Made by a program: the position numbers and the translations under genes
The notes under the pieces: generated by a model
Seen by the model: only the letters and a program-made list of their open reading frames with translations
Told to the model about the DNA's origin: nothing
Databases searched by the model: none
DNA from: Octopus vulgaris
Lineage: Eukaryota
DNA length: 64,000 nt
Direction of reading: 5' to 3'
Assembly: GCA_951406725.2 (NCBI GenBank)
Contig: OX597820.1
Span: forward strand, 56,730,001 to 56,794,000
Shown: in pieces, positions 37,898 through 50,030 of the stretch
Layout: each line of letters opens with the position of its first letter
Numbering within the stretch: the first letter of the stretch is position 1

Positions 37898-38298
37898 CAG
37901 CAGCAGCAGCAGTGAAATTGAGAGCGGCTATAGTTCCGCTCGCCTTCATTTTCTTTCAAATGTTGTTGTACGTTAGATTGTTAGTTTCTGTCTTTGTTTT
38001 TCATCTTCCATTTTTATTCATTTCCTATCATATTAACATAGGGTTAGGGTTAAGGTTATAATTCTTCGTTATGGTTATTGTTTATAGTTTAGAAGAATAA
38101 TATGAACAACAACAAGAACAAGAACAAAACAGCAAAAAAATGGTAAGCGTAAACATTTGATGTTCCGGGAAACACCGTTCGTAAAAAAACTCCACAAAAT
38201 AAAATATAAAATAAAATGTTAACATTTGTAATTTTGAAATAATAATAATGATGATAATCATGGTGGTGGTGGTGACGATGATGATGATGATGATGATG

Positions 38299-38329
<31 letters not shown>

Positions 38330-38381
38330 CAACAATAATAATAATTATAATAATCATAATAATGATAATAATAACAACAAC

Positions 38382-38419
<38 letters not shown>

Positions 38420-38740
38420 TAATAACAACAATAATAATAATAATAATAATAATGATAATAATAATAATAATGATGATAATAATAATAAAATGATCGTTTT
38501 GTAATAGGAAAAACAACAAATGTATAATATTTATTACATTTTATTTATGTTTCCTTTCAGAGTGAAAGTCGGTTTTCTTGATAGGAAGATAATACTGAAT
38601 GTTAGTGAATATTCTGGTTTCTATAATATGAATATTATCTAGTTTACTGGTAAATATACATACAGTATATATTGAATAAAATAATAATAAAAGGGAATTA
38701 TTCACCACGATTGTTGTTGTTGCTGTTGCTATTGTTATTG

Positions 38741-38825
<85 letters not shown>
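37170..38825. repeat. Large compound trinucleotide repeat field: (AAC), (GAT), (AAT), (GTA), (TTA)
   Basis: Directly visible in the sequence. Confidence 0.95.
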
Positions 38826-40122
38826 AGTATACTTATTCGTTTGAGCTTTAATTGTGCACAACCGATCGCGGCTTCTTGCGCCTTCTTTTTCTATTGTATT
38901 CAAATTACTGTAAATAATATGTATGCAATGTGTGTTAGTGCTGTATGCTATATATTGTTTGCATGTATAAGTTCTGGTATCCTATTAACGATCAAGCAAT
39001 GCAACTGTTGGAACACCAACCGGTGCACTCAATAGAGAGTTAATGACGGCCATAGAAGACAATATTATCTGGTAATAATCTAGAAGTATTTCGTTTTTGG
39101 ATTTGGTTTGCAAGATTCTTTATGTGAGTTCGTGTGTTGAAGCATATTCTCTTGTGTCTGGGGAGAGTCATGACTCTCTCCAGACACAACAGAATCTAGA
39201 AATACATGAGAATCAACTGAGCAGCCTTTCTGGAAGATTTTCGGGTCGTTGAATATATTACTACTTCTAAAAGTTTTGGACCTGGTAATGCTTTCAGAGA
39301 GAGCAAGAGAGCAGGACAACGTTGCTAATTCGAGATAAACCTTACACGATGTGGTAGTGTCATTAGCCTGGCAGGGCGCGCGTTGAGCTAGAAATACGAG
39401 ATGCAATAAGTAAGAAATACAAGATGGGTAAACAGATACTCACAGAGACTATATCAATCCCAAATTGTTCTTTCGGTGTCTGATCTTTTTTATTATACGC
39501 GAAAGAGCGGAGGGTGGATATCGGAGTCTACTGAGTTCCTCGTAAAGATTGAATCATTGACACCTTTAGGTAACCAATATACGCTATCAGTAACTAATAT
39601 CAGCTGATTTACCATAAAGGGAGTAGCGTTTTCTGGTTGGCTCACCACTGCCTTTAACGAATTTGAAATGCATCCATCAGTCCAATAGAGAGAACTCTTG
39701 GCTGACCATGGTATTTTAACCCTTTTTCCCGACTTTTCTTTCTCCGTGGTTCAAATACCTCTCACGCAGATTTGAACCGTTGGTCTTAAGTTTATTTAGT
39801 TTCCATTACTGCTTTGAACATGTACTCAAGTATGTGAATATTTCAGTTATTCTACGTTCAAGATTCCTTTATTCCACTCGGTGCTTCAAAATTCGTTAAT
39901 AAAAATGTTTTCAAATTCAAAAAGCTATTATTCAGCGTCTGCTCTTAGGCTCAATGGTACAGTGCATTCAACCAGAATTTGAGAGCTACAGAGTTCTAGT
40001 CTCTGCGGTGGCTTGCTGCCCATTTTTGCCCGTGTTCTTCGGGTACTTACCCAATCTTCTAAGCTGTTTTAACAGCTATTTTGCGTTTGAGATTTTCCTT
40101 TATTTCCTGTAATGTATATATA

Positions 40123-40757
40123 TATATGGTATTTGTAAAAGCTTAAATAAATCACTGCAATTTCTAAGGAAAATAAAATAGTCTAATAATGAGGCATATA
40201 AGATCTCGACAGAAAAAACGTAAACTTTCCCATCCACGTGGGACTCGATCCCACATCCCTTTGTTAATGCGACTAAATGTTACTATTACACCAGTGAATT
40301 AGCCTCCCTGTTTCTGTTAAATTTAAGAACTATATCAGTTCGTATCACTAAAAGATTTAAGCTTATATAAATACCATCGTTATAATTTACAGGATTGTAA
40401 AATATGTCACCGTATAACAAAGCCATTCGCACCGAAAGCTCATAGAAGTTCGTTAACAAAAAAAAACCCCCAAAAACAACGAACTAATATAGTTATTAAA
40501 TTCGACAGAAATAGCGAGACAAATTCTCTGGTGTAATGATAACATACTTAATCGCGTTAACAAAGGGATGTGGGTTCGAGTCCCATACGGATGGGGAAGA
40601 TTACGTTTTTTCTGTCGAGGCTTTATATGCCCCATTATTAGACTATTTTCTTAGTAATTGCACTGTGATGGCTTGAAGATTATATAAATACCATTATTAT
40701 TATTTACAGGATTGTAAAACTCGGCACCATATAACAAAACCATTCGCACCGAAAAGC
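40123..40757. repeat. Inverted plus direct repeat module containing tRNA-like A/B boxes
   Basis: 40123-40345 is the reverse complement of ~40479-40697, and 40360-40440 is repeated directly at 40680-40757. tggtgtaatga (40529) and ggttcgagtcc (40573) lie in the arm. Confidence 0.8.
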
Positions 40758-42449
40758 ATATATATATTTGCCACATATATATGTGTGTCTGTCTGTGTAT
40801 GTATTGATATATGGAAGCAGTTAAGCACATCACTGTGCTCTGTAAGGTTGGATCCCGTTGTTTGGCACTTTGGTTAAATGATTTTACCAAACCCTCGGAT
40901 CAATGCAAAGCATATAAGTGAAGCTAAATAGAGAGAATTTATGTAGAGGTATCTCGCTTGGACTATATTCATAATTCAAAGGTCCACTACTCACGAATTT
41001 TACTGGCGAATGATGCTAAGATTACGCGTCACATGCAAATGTAATGAATAATTTGTCAATTGATCAAACAACTAAACGCTCAAACGTTGAAATCGACGAG
41101 AGAATCCATCACTTCGCAACACACACACATATACGTAGATGTGCAAACGATATATATGTATATATGAGCCAATGATCGATAAAATTCGAAGTTATAGTCA
41201 AAATTTTATTTGTAAAAATAAACATGATACCCTACTTTAATCTTGTAAGGGTTCCTTTAACAAATGCTTGGCTATCTTTATTTATCAATGTGCATAAAAA
41301 CAAAACAATAACATTATGTCTGCCTGTTTCTCTCTTTATTTATCTATCTGTCTGTCTGTTTATCTATCTATCTATTCTTTTACTTATACATTTATAACAA
41401 TGAGCCAGAAGAAGCATTATCTATTCTACAAAACATGCTATTGTAAGAAGCATTCATATTGATACTTATTTTCTTCCTGTCTCGGTTTCATAAACATGTT
41501 AGGTTTGTATGTATGAACACGATTCTCTTTCAAAAACTTTGCAAACACATTTTGGCTTTACATTTTAACATGCACGTACCTATAACCGGATATCTTTCAG
41601 TAGTTCTGAATATCAACATTTCTTCGTCTATGCAAAGCTGATAAAAAATTTTCGAACCAGCAAGGGAAATTTACAGTCTTAAGTATCACGTGTCTTTCTA
41701 ATCCCACTGTATGTATTAAATGAATATCTGCGGTTTAGAAATATCTTATGAATCAATAATAAACGCGAGTAACTTTGCTAAGTTTTACAGAATACCTAAT
41801 TCAAATGCTAATACACTACAAGGTTTCCTTATCACATAGCTATTATGTAAATCGTTTATAAACCTTAAAGTTTTATGATCGCTATCCATACACGATAGTG
41901 AAATATTATGTAGCCCTGTGTGCGAGTATCTACGAAGTCATGCGATATGGTAGAAGTATCAGCTGAATCATGCTCAAAACACACTTTAGTCTCTTTAAAA
42001 CATTCGTGTACTTATAACTGGTGATTATACTGGGTGCTTTTCTACTGTAGCACCAACACAAGAGATTCTATGCACAGTTCACACATACACACACACACAC
42101 ACACACGCATGAGGTCTAATATCGGGTGAATGGGAATGGAGTTCTCAACACATGTCGTAGAGGAAATACTTTGTTATTAAAAATGCAGCAGTGAGCTTGT
42201 CTCATGATTCACATTCCATATTAGTACACACCTGAAGATTGCAGCTGAATGAAACTCGATGCGCAAACTAACCTCTGTTCTTCAGTTTTAATGATAAAAT
42301 AATATATACATGTCCTCACACACACACACATACACACACACACACGCGCACATACAGGTATATATACATACATTTATGCATATATAAAATATACAATATC
42401 ACATTTCATGAAAGATAGAAAAGAACTATTATAATATTTCGCACATAAA

Positions 42450-42665
42450 AGGTCTGGTGGTAAAATTGTTACCGCGTCTGACAAAATGCTTGGCGTTATT
42501 TCTTTCGACCTTTTACGCCCCGAGTTCAAATTTCGCCGTAGTCGATTCTGCCTTTCGTCTTTTAGGGCTGGATAAAACAAATATCAGTCAAGTGCTGAGG
42601 TCGATGTAATTCACGAACTCTTTCTCCTTAAAATTTCAAGCCTCGTGTCTACGAAACATAAGACT
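42450..42665 (+). mobile_element. Diverged SINE family A copy
   Basis: cgagttcaaatttcgccgtagtcgattctgcctttcgtc matches the family A core. Confidence 0.65.
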
Positions 42666-42704
42666 CATATTATTTCGCATTCGAATTAAAAAAAAAAAAT
42701 TTTT

Positions 42705-42908
42705 TTCTTTTATTTGTTTCAATCGATTGACTGTGGCCATTCTGGAGCACCGCCTTTGATCGAACAAATCGACCCCACGACTTATTCTTTGTAAGCCTGG
42801 TACTTATTCTATCGGTCTCTTTTGCTGAATCGTTAAGTAACGGAGAGGTAAACACACCAACATCGGTTGTCAAGCGATGGAGGGGACAAACATAGACATA
42901 AAGACACA

Positions 42909-42974
<66 letters not shown>

Positions 42975-43082
42975 CGATAGGCTTCTTTCAGTTTCCGTCT
43001 GCCAAGCCCACTCACAAGGCTTTGTGCCCAAGGTTTCACACAGTGGGACTGAACCCGGAACCATGTGGGTATGAAGCAAGCT
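42705..43082 (-). mobile_element. SINE family B (internally deleted)
   Basis: Tail gactgtggccattctggagcaccgcc and head gggactgaacccggaaccatgtgg on the plus strand. Confidence 0.85.
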
Positions 43083-43207
43083 TGTTTATATTTTTGAAAT
43101 ATTCACATTATACGTTCTATAAATCGGATTGTTAATGTTTATAATACTTGAATAGATCTCAAACATTACTGAAACTGAAAGTCTGTTTCACATAGATAAT
43201 ACCAGAA

Positions 43208-43612
43208 GGCAGAGCTGTGTGATTAAGAGGCTAACTTTGGAACCATGTGGTTTCTGGTTCAGTTCCACACAGCGGTGTTTTGGCAACTGTGAACTGCTAT
43301 GGTCCCGGGCCTACCAATACCGTGTGGTGAATCTGATAGACGAAAACTAAGCAGAAGCCCGATATATATATGCGCGCCTGTGGGTTTGTGAACGCGCGCG
43401 TGAATGAGTGTTGTAGGGATAGATGTGTGTCTTTTGTATTTGTATGTGCCACCCCCCACACTCACTCGACAAGCGGTGTTGGTTTGTTTACCTCCCTGTA
43501 ACTTACCAGTTTGGTACCAGTCTTCAAAAATAAATATTGGTGTCGATTTATTCAACTAAATTCTTCAAGGCGGTGATCCACGGCTGCCCAATGGCTGAAT
43601 CATGTAAAAGAA
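43208..43612 (+). mobile_element. Diverged SINE family B, head-to-head with the previous copy
   Basis: gctgtgtgattaag...ggttcagttccac...gacgaaaactaagcagaagccc...ggcggtgatccac. Confidence 0.7.
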
Positions 43613-45229
43613 AAGGGGAAATATAAATATAAAGGCGAAACATTAAAAGGATAAATTATTTTCCATGATATTTGAAACTGAACTAATTTTGGGAAGATAT
43701 TTTTAAGTGAAAACTTTTAATAATGTAACTAAGTCCATAGAATATTCATGTTCCATCCCCACTTCAGGATCACAAAATGTTTGTTTGATATGTCTGAGCA
43801 AATTAACGTGAAAATGGCTCGAGAATATATCTCTTGGAAGATGATGCAGACTGGGCACTACTTTGGAGGTAGGTAAAGTTTTGTATTTTCTATGCAAGCT
43901 GAGGAACATTTTTGCTAACATTTTCTACCAACAACTTTGACAATAACCCCCAGAACAGTTTTTCAGTGGACCTACTGCACAAAATATAACGGTAGTATAG
44001 CAACAAAAATGAATTATTTTAAACAGCTCATGGTTCTAGTTATATAAAAGCTCTCTGTGCCTTACATAATACTCACCTACATAATTATCTATAAACGTCT
44101 ATAGATGGATACACACGTAAGCATATTCACACAAATGTATTATGCGAAAATATGATTCAATAATTAGAGAAAATCTCCAGACGGTGAATTATAGTAAAAA
44201 CAAAAGGTAAAATGTAGTCAAATTTTTCTGCTGATAAAACTTATGAAATATAATATCTACATAATCAACCGGTTTCGATTATTTGAGCTATTCATGATTG
44301 GGCAATTGGTGATGATGTTATAATTTCATGCATCTATAATTAATTGTTGTAATTCGATATTGGTAGGAGAGCAGATATTTGGTAAATAAATGAATAAATA
44401 AATCTTAGGGGATGTAATGGAATGAATCAATTAGATGAAAAACTTATCAATAGCTTGTGAATGAAATGAGATGGAAGCTGTGTAGAATCTCGTCGGATGG
44501 ATCGTGTCGCTAATTCCGCTTAAGAATATCAATAAGACTTCCATAGCAATAGTTTTCATGGTTACTTCTAATAGAGCAGATCTATATATTTTGATCAATC
44601 TAATAATGTAAAATAGCTTGTTTATTCCGGGGCTTTGCTTTCAGAGCTTTACTCATAGTTGCTTTTAAATTACCATTCGAGGTCATTGAGTGATATGCCT
44701 CTTTTTCATAAGCGTGTACTGTTAAAGTTCATAAAACGTTTGGGTTTATAAAGGTCCATATAAAAATGTGATGATAAGAATAACAAATACCGTGCAAACT
44801 GTTGGATAAAATATTTTGTTAAACAGCGACGTTACTTCTTGATTTGTAATATTTAATCGAACACTTCTGAACTGCAGTAATTCATTTAATACATGCTTTG
44901 ATATTTAAAAGATACGTGATAGTTGAATTGTAAATTTCTCTTGTTGAGTAGAAAAAACTTCTTTTGGTTCCACATAAACGAAGAAATGTCGATATTCAGA
45001 AGCCACTCATATGAAACTTGTTATAGGAAACTGCATGCTAAAAGCTAAAGTCAAAACATGTTCGCAAAATTTTGGAAAATAACGAAGTCATATTGAGGCA
45101 AACATAATAACACATTTGTGAAATCTAGACATATAAAATAAGTATCCATATTGATGCATCTTACAGTAGCATGTTTGATAATTAGATCATGTTTGTTCTG
45201 ACTCATTGGCATACATATAAAACAGAGAG

Positions 45230-45261
<32 letters not shown>

Positions 45262-45620
45262 CATACATATGTATATGTACATACACATACACAAACATAG
45301 GTATGTTCAGATATATGAATACATGTATGTATACTTGTATGTATGTATGTATGCATTTATGTATGTATGTATGTATGTATGTATGTATGTATGTATGTAT
45401 GTATGTATGTATGTATGTATGTATGTATGTATGTATGTATGTATGTTTGAATGCATGTATGTATACTTGTGTATTTATGTATTCACAAATAGCACACACT
45501 GTAGCGGTTGAGGTTTCCTTGGATCCGAATATGCACTAAAGACTTTTTAGTATAACACAAATGACTTGTAGCAAATTTTTTATCTAGTGATTTTTGTAAT
45601 TGTATTTGCATATACGTACG

Positions 45621-45672
<52 letters not shown>

Positions 45673-45769
45673 CGGGAAGCTTTATGAAAATAGACAAAAG
45701 ACGAAGGCAGGTGGAAAACAAACAAACAATTGTATTAGTATGGCGCTCAGGAAATATAAATAAAACAAG

Positions 45770-45807
45770 TCTTTAACGTTTCGAGCCTACGCTCTTCAAC
45801 AGAAAGA
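45770..45807 (-). ncRNA. Minimal hammerhead-like motif in a (TA)n-adjacent module (45672-45850)
   Basis: Minus strand reads tcttt-CTGTTGA-a-gagc-gtag-gctc-GAAA-cg-TT-aaaga. Stems I and II are perfect, and the core carries A6>U. Confidence 0.6.
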
Positions 45808-46694
45808 TACACAGAGAGAAAAAAACACAGAAAGAAGGAGAGAAAAAAAAATGTATGTATGTATGTATTCACACATATGTACGTATATCTACGTATGTGT
45901 ATAATACAATTGTTCATATGCAGATTACTGCTAGTGTCATGTAAGTAAACAGTGATTGGTGGGCTTCGTGAAAAATCCTACAATCATCGAACCTGTCTAA
46001 GGAAACGAATTGTCTAATATAATTTCTTTATGATGATAGGTTTTAAAAACAGAATGAGGTCAAGTTTATTTCAATCTAAGAAGTGGATGAGCCTTTCAAC
46101 AACACAGACATGATAATTTTATATGCATCGTTTTTAAATACAGCGATGACGAAATAAACACATTTAAAAGTAGAATTGGGGAGGCTACTTCAGAGTGTAT
46201 GACTCATTGTTCGATTTAATTGAAAAGGGATGACAGCCAAGCTGAAACGTTCAAATTAAACTATGAAACTGGAGCTACCGTAGTATTCGTTACATAGATA
46301 TATTTTTATTGTTTCTTTCTCCATTAAAAATAGATTTTACAGAACGGCGAGATTGCTGTAGTTTTAGATATGTAGATATATTTTGAATGCTTCCATTTTC
46401 CATTATAATTAAATTTATCATTCATTTTACATTGAACAGAAAGGTCGTTGTAGAATTGGTTACACTCATATGTTTTAATTGCTTCCTTGTCCATTATAAT
46501 TAGATTGTTATCGTCACTGTCAATATTTTCATTTTCCTTGCGCTCGATTTTTATCCTTATTGCGGATATGACTGCTAATATCATTGTTCTTATCAACACT
46601 GCTGTTATTTTATTTTACTCCATTTTGTTATTTTAGTATATTTTCAGACAGCTTCGGAACTCTCCTGTAGCTAATTCATATTTGTCCATCTTCC

Positions 46695-47066
46695 GTTTGT
46701 TTCAGCCATTGGACAGCCCCCATGCTGAAAGGTTTAGTCGAAATGAACTGGTCCCAGTACTTTTTTTGAAGTAAGGTATTTATTCTATCAGTCACTTTTG
46801 CCGGACGACAAAGTTACGGGGATGTAAACAAGCCAACACTAGTTGTCAAGCGGGAGAGGGACAAACACAAAGATATGCACACACGCAAGCGCGCACACAC
46901 ACATATGCACGATAGGCTTCCACACAGTTTCCAGGCCCCAAATTCCATCACAAGGCCTTATTCGGTCCCAGGCTATAGTAGAAGATACTCACCCAAGGTG
47001 CCGCGCAATAGGATCGAACCTGAAACCACCAGGCTGCAAAGCGAGCTCCTTAACCATGTCTGCGTC
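46695..47066 (-). mobile_element. Diverged SINE family B
   Basis: ttgtcaagcg...caggctatagtagaagatactcacccaaggtgccgcgc matches family B on the minus strand. Confidence 0.75.
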
Positions 47067-47170
47067 TAGTTTATATATATTTTTTTGCAGGCCTATGTCT
47101 TGCGGTCTCTGAATGCTGATATGTACTCCGCAGTATTAGGGTTAAGCATGTACATTAATCCAACTTAAAC

Positions 47171-47575
47171 AAGGAGTGGCTGTGTGGTAAGTAGCTTGCT
47201 TACCAACCACATGTTTCCGGGTTCAGTCCCACTGCGTGGCACCTTGGGCAACTGTCTTCTACTATAGCCTCGGGCCGAGCAAAGCTTTGTGAGTGGATTT
47301 GGTAGACGGAAACTGAAAGAAGCCCGTCGTATATATGTATATGTATATATAGCTATATATGTGTGTGTGTGTTTGTGTGTCTGTGTTTGTCCCCCAACAT
47401 CGCTTGACAACCGATGCTGGTGTGTTTACGTTCCCGTAACTTAGCGGTTCGGCAAAAAAACCGATAGAATAAGTACTAGGCTTACAAAGAATAAGTCCTG
47501 GGGTCGATTTGTTCGACTAAAGGCGGTGATCCAGCATGGCCGCAGTCACATGACTGAAACAAGTAAAAGTGTAAA
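47171..47575 (+). mobile_element. SINE family B, near full length
   Basis: aggagtggctgtgtggtaagtagcttgc...ggcggtgatccagcatggccgcagtcacatgactgaaacaagtaaaag. Confidence 0.92.
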
Positions 47576-47785
47576 AAAAAACTACTTAGTGCCACTTTGT
47601 TTTCGTTTTTGGTCTCTACTGTTCGGATTTTGGTCCTACATAACTGTTCTGTTTCCCCCACTTCAATGGATGTGGATTGAAACGATTCAGTCCATTTAGT
47701 TATAAAAAATGATACACTGTAAAGTAGAATGGTTTATTTCATCAGCATAAGTCCGAATAATTAATCCTGCCGTCTTGTAATATTG

Positions 47786-48155
47786 TTTCAAAATTTTGGC
47801 ACAAGGCCAGCAATTTCGAGGCAGAGGGCAGGTCGATTGCACCGACTCCGGTACTCAACTGCTACTTATTTCATCGACTCCGAAAGGATGAAAGGCAAAG
47901 TCGACCTTGGCGGAATTTTAAATCAGAATGTAAAAACCGACGAAGTGCCGCTTAGTGTTTTACACGGCGTGCTAACGATTCTGGCAGCTTGCCGACTTCT
48001 GACGTCTTGTAATATTGATTTGAAATGTTGTTACATCGATCCTAGTAACAACTGGTACTTATTTTATTGACCCCGAAAGTGATGTAAGGCAAATTCGACC
48101 TTGGCGGAATTTGAATTCACAAAGTAAAGGCGGATGAATGCTAGCTTACCGCCTT
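47786..48155 (-). mobile_element. Two adjacent SINE family A copies separated by a repeated target sequence
   Basis: aaggcaaa(g/t)tcgaccttggcggaattt occurs twice. The flank ctg.cgtcttgtaatattg occurs at 47767 and 47999, with a diverged copy at 48156. Confidence 0.75.
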
Positions 48156-48879
48156 CTGTCGCCTCGGAATATTGAGTATCAGAAGAAATTGTATGAACGG
48201 GATGAATCAAGGCCTTAATAAGCCCATCAAACTTTCTGACTTAATTAAATACCAAGGAAGGATGGTGCAATTATTTCTGTTTTTGTTGTTGTTTTGTTGC
48301 TTAGGTCCAGGTCAAACTCTGGTTTTGCAGATCTATGAATAAAAGTAACCCAACAATGATCGTATGGTCTTTTTTAGTATTATGTAATACTCCAGTATCC
48401 GATATACCATATTTTAAACCGGTAGTGTGTGACATGAGTGTGATTTGGCAACTATTTTTAGAAGGATGAATGACCTCATAGATACTCCATCGATGGTGAG
48501 ATGATGGCGAAATTCATTGTTTTGGGTGGCAGAAATCTTATATTTTAACTGAGTTCCATCTTTGGTTTAGAGCTCTGTGTGAAAGCAACATAGCATCAAT
48601 TCGGAACACAAAGCAACAGGAGTCGCTCAAGTTCGCGCTTATAACAGCTAATATGATGTACGTTAACATATTAACATCGCAACAAAATTCAGATTTTGTT
48701 TTTCAATGCCAAATAAATATCTCTCCCTTTCTCTTTAGACCCAATAATAACTGCCACTAACGTTTTATTTTCTCTTACTCCACTCAGAAGGAAAATCGGT
48801 TTTGTACAGTTTTCCATACATCACCTTTTAACTTAATTCGTTACAGCGATTTCAGTTTCAGTTACCATCAATACCCACG

Positions 48880-48937
<58 letters not shown>

Positions 48938-49051
48938 CACCACCACCATCACCATCACCACCACCACCACCACCACTACTACAACTACCACCACCGCCAC
49001 CACCACTACTAAAACTACCACCACCACCACTACTACAACCACCACCAACAT

Positions 49052-49092
<41 letters not shown>

Positions 49093-49329
49093 GTAATAAT
49101 AGTAGTAGCACCACCACAACCACTACTACTGCTACAACTACTACTACAAGTACTACCTCTACCACCATCACCGCCACCATCATCATCACCACCGCCAGCA
49201 CCACCAGCACAACCAGCACCAACACCAGCACCAGCAGCACCACCATCATCATCAACACAACAACCATTACTACAAGTACAAGTACTACTTCTACCACCAC
49301 CATCAGCACCACCAGCATCACCACTACCG

Positions 49330-49395
<66 letters not shown>

Positions 49396-49400
49396 TTAGT
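48880..49400. repeat. Compound (CTA)n/(CCA)n trinucleotide field
   Basis: Directly visible in the sequence. Confidence 0.95.
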
Positions 49401-49969
49401 ACTGCTGCTGATATCGCTGTTGCTGTGTGATTCAATCGCCATCAACACAGCGCCAACATTACACCCAATAACCACTTTTACTACCTACTAAACTACGAAT
49501 ATGGATCTGGAACGATGCCAAAATCGTAACCTGTTCAGCATTAATAGTTCTTTCTGGTTGTCAATATTAAAGAAACCTCTGGTAATATCAGGTCGACCAT
49601 TTCGGGAAAGTTCTCCATAAACAATGTACGGATGACTATAAGGAAAAGAAATTTCGACATCACTTCTTGGTTTCGATGTTTGCTTTGCATTCAGTCTCTC
49701 TAAACTAGATTTTCGTAATCTTCATATTCTTACTCTCTATGTGCATGGACAGTTATGTATGTAGTCAGCAGATGAGATCCAGAGACTCTCAGTATAGAAG
49801 ACACTTAGAAGCGCACAAAAGATTCAAACTTAAGTTCCAATGTCTTTACAGGGGATCAATTCGGCGGAGTAAAGAATGGCTATAAGAGGGATCAAGTTGA
49901 GCAAATATGGAAGCAATTATGAAGATAAACAAATTAAATATATCAAATATAACAACTTGGATATAAAAT

Positions 49970-50030
<61 letters not shown>

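Noticed and set aside
38039-38058. tagggttagggttaagg telomere-like repeat
   Set aside because: Only about two units, which is expected by chance or a trivial interstitial remnant.
44140-45050. Probable very old PLE GIY-YIG relic; similar hints at 850-1700, 6250-7000, 30600-31000 and 61100-61470
   Set aside because: Only scattered motif-like residues could be read across frames. Too degraded to call without a profile search.
48833-49475. 200-aa poly-V and S/G-rich ORFs
   Set aside because: They derive entirely from (CTA)/(CCA) repeats, with no domain, splice or start-context support.
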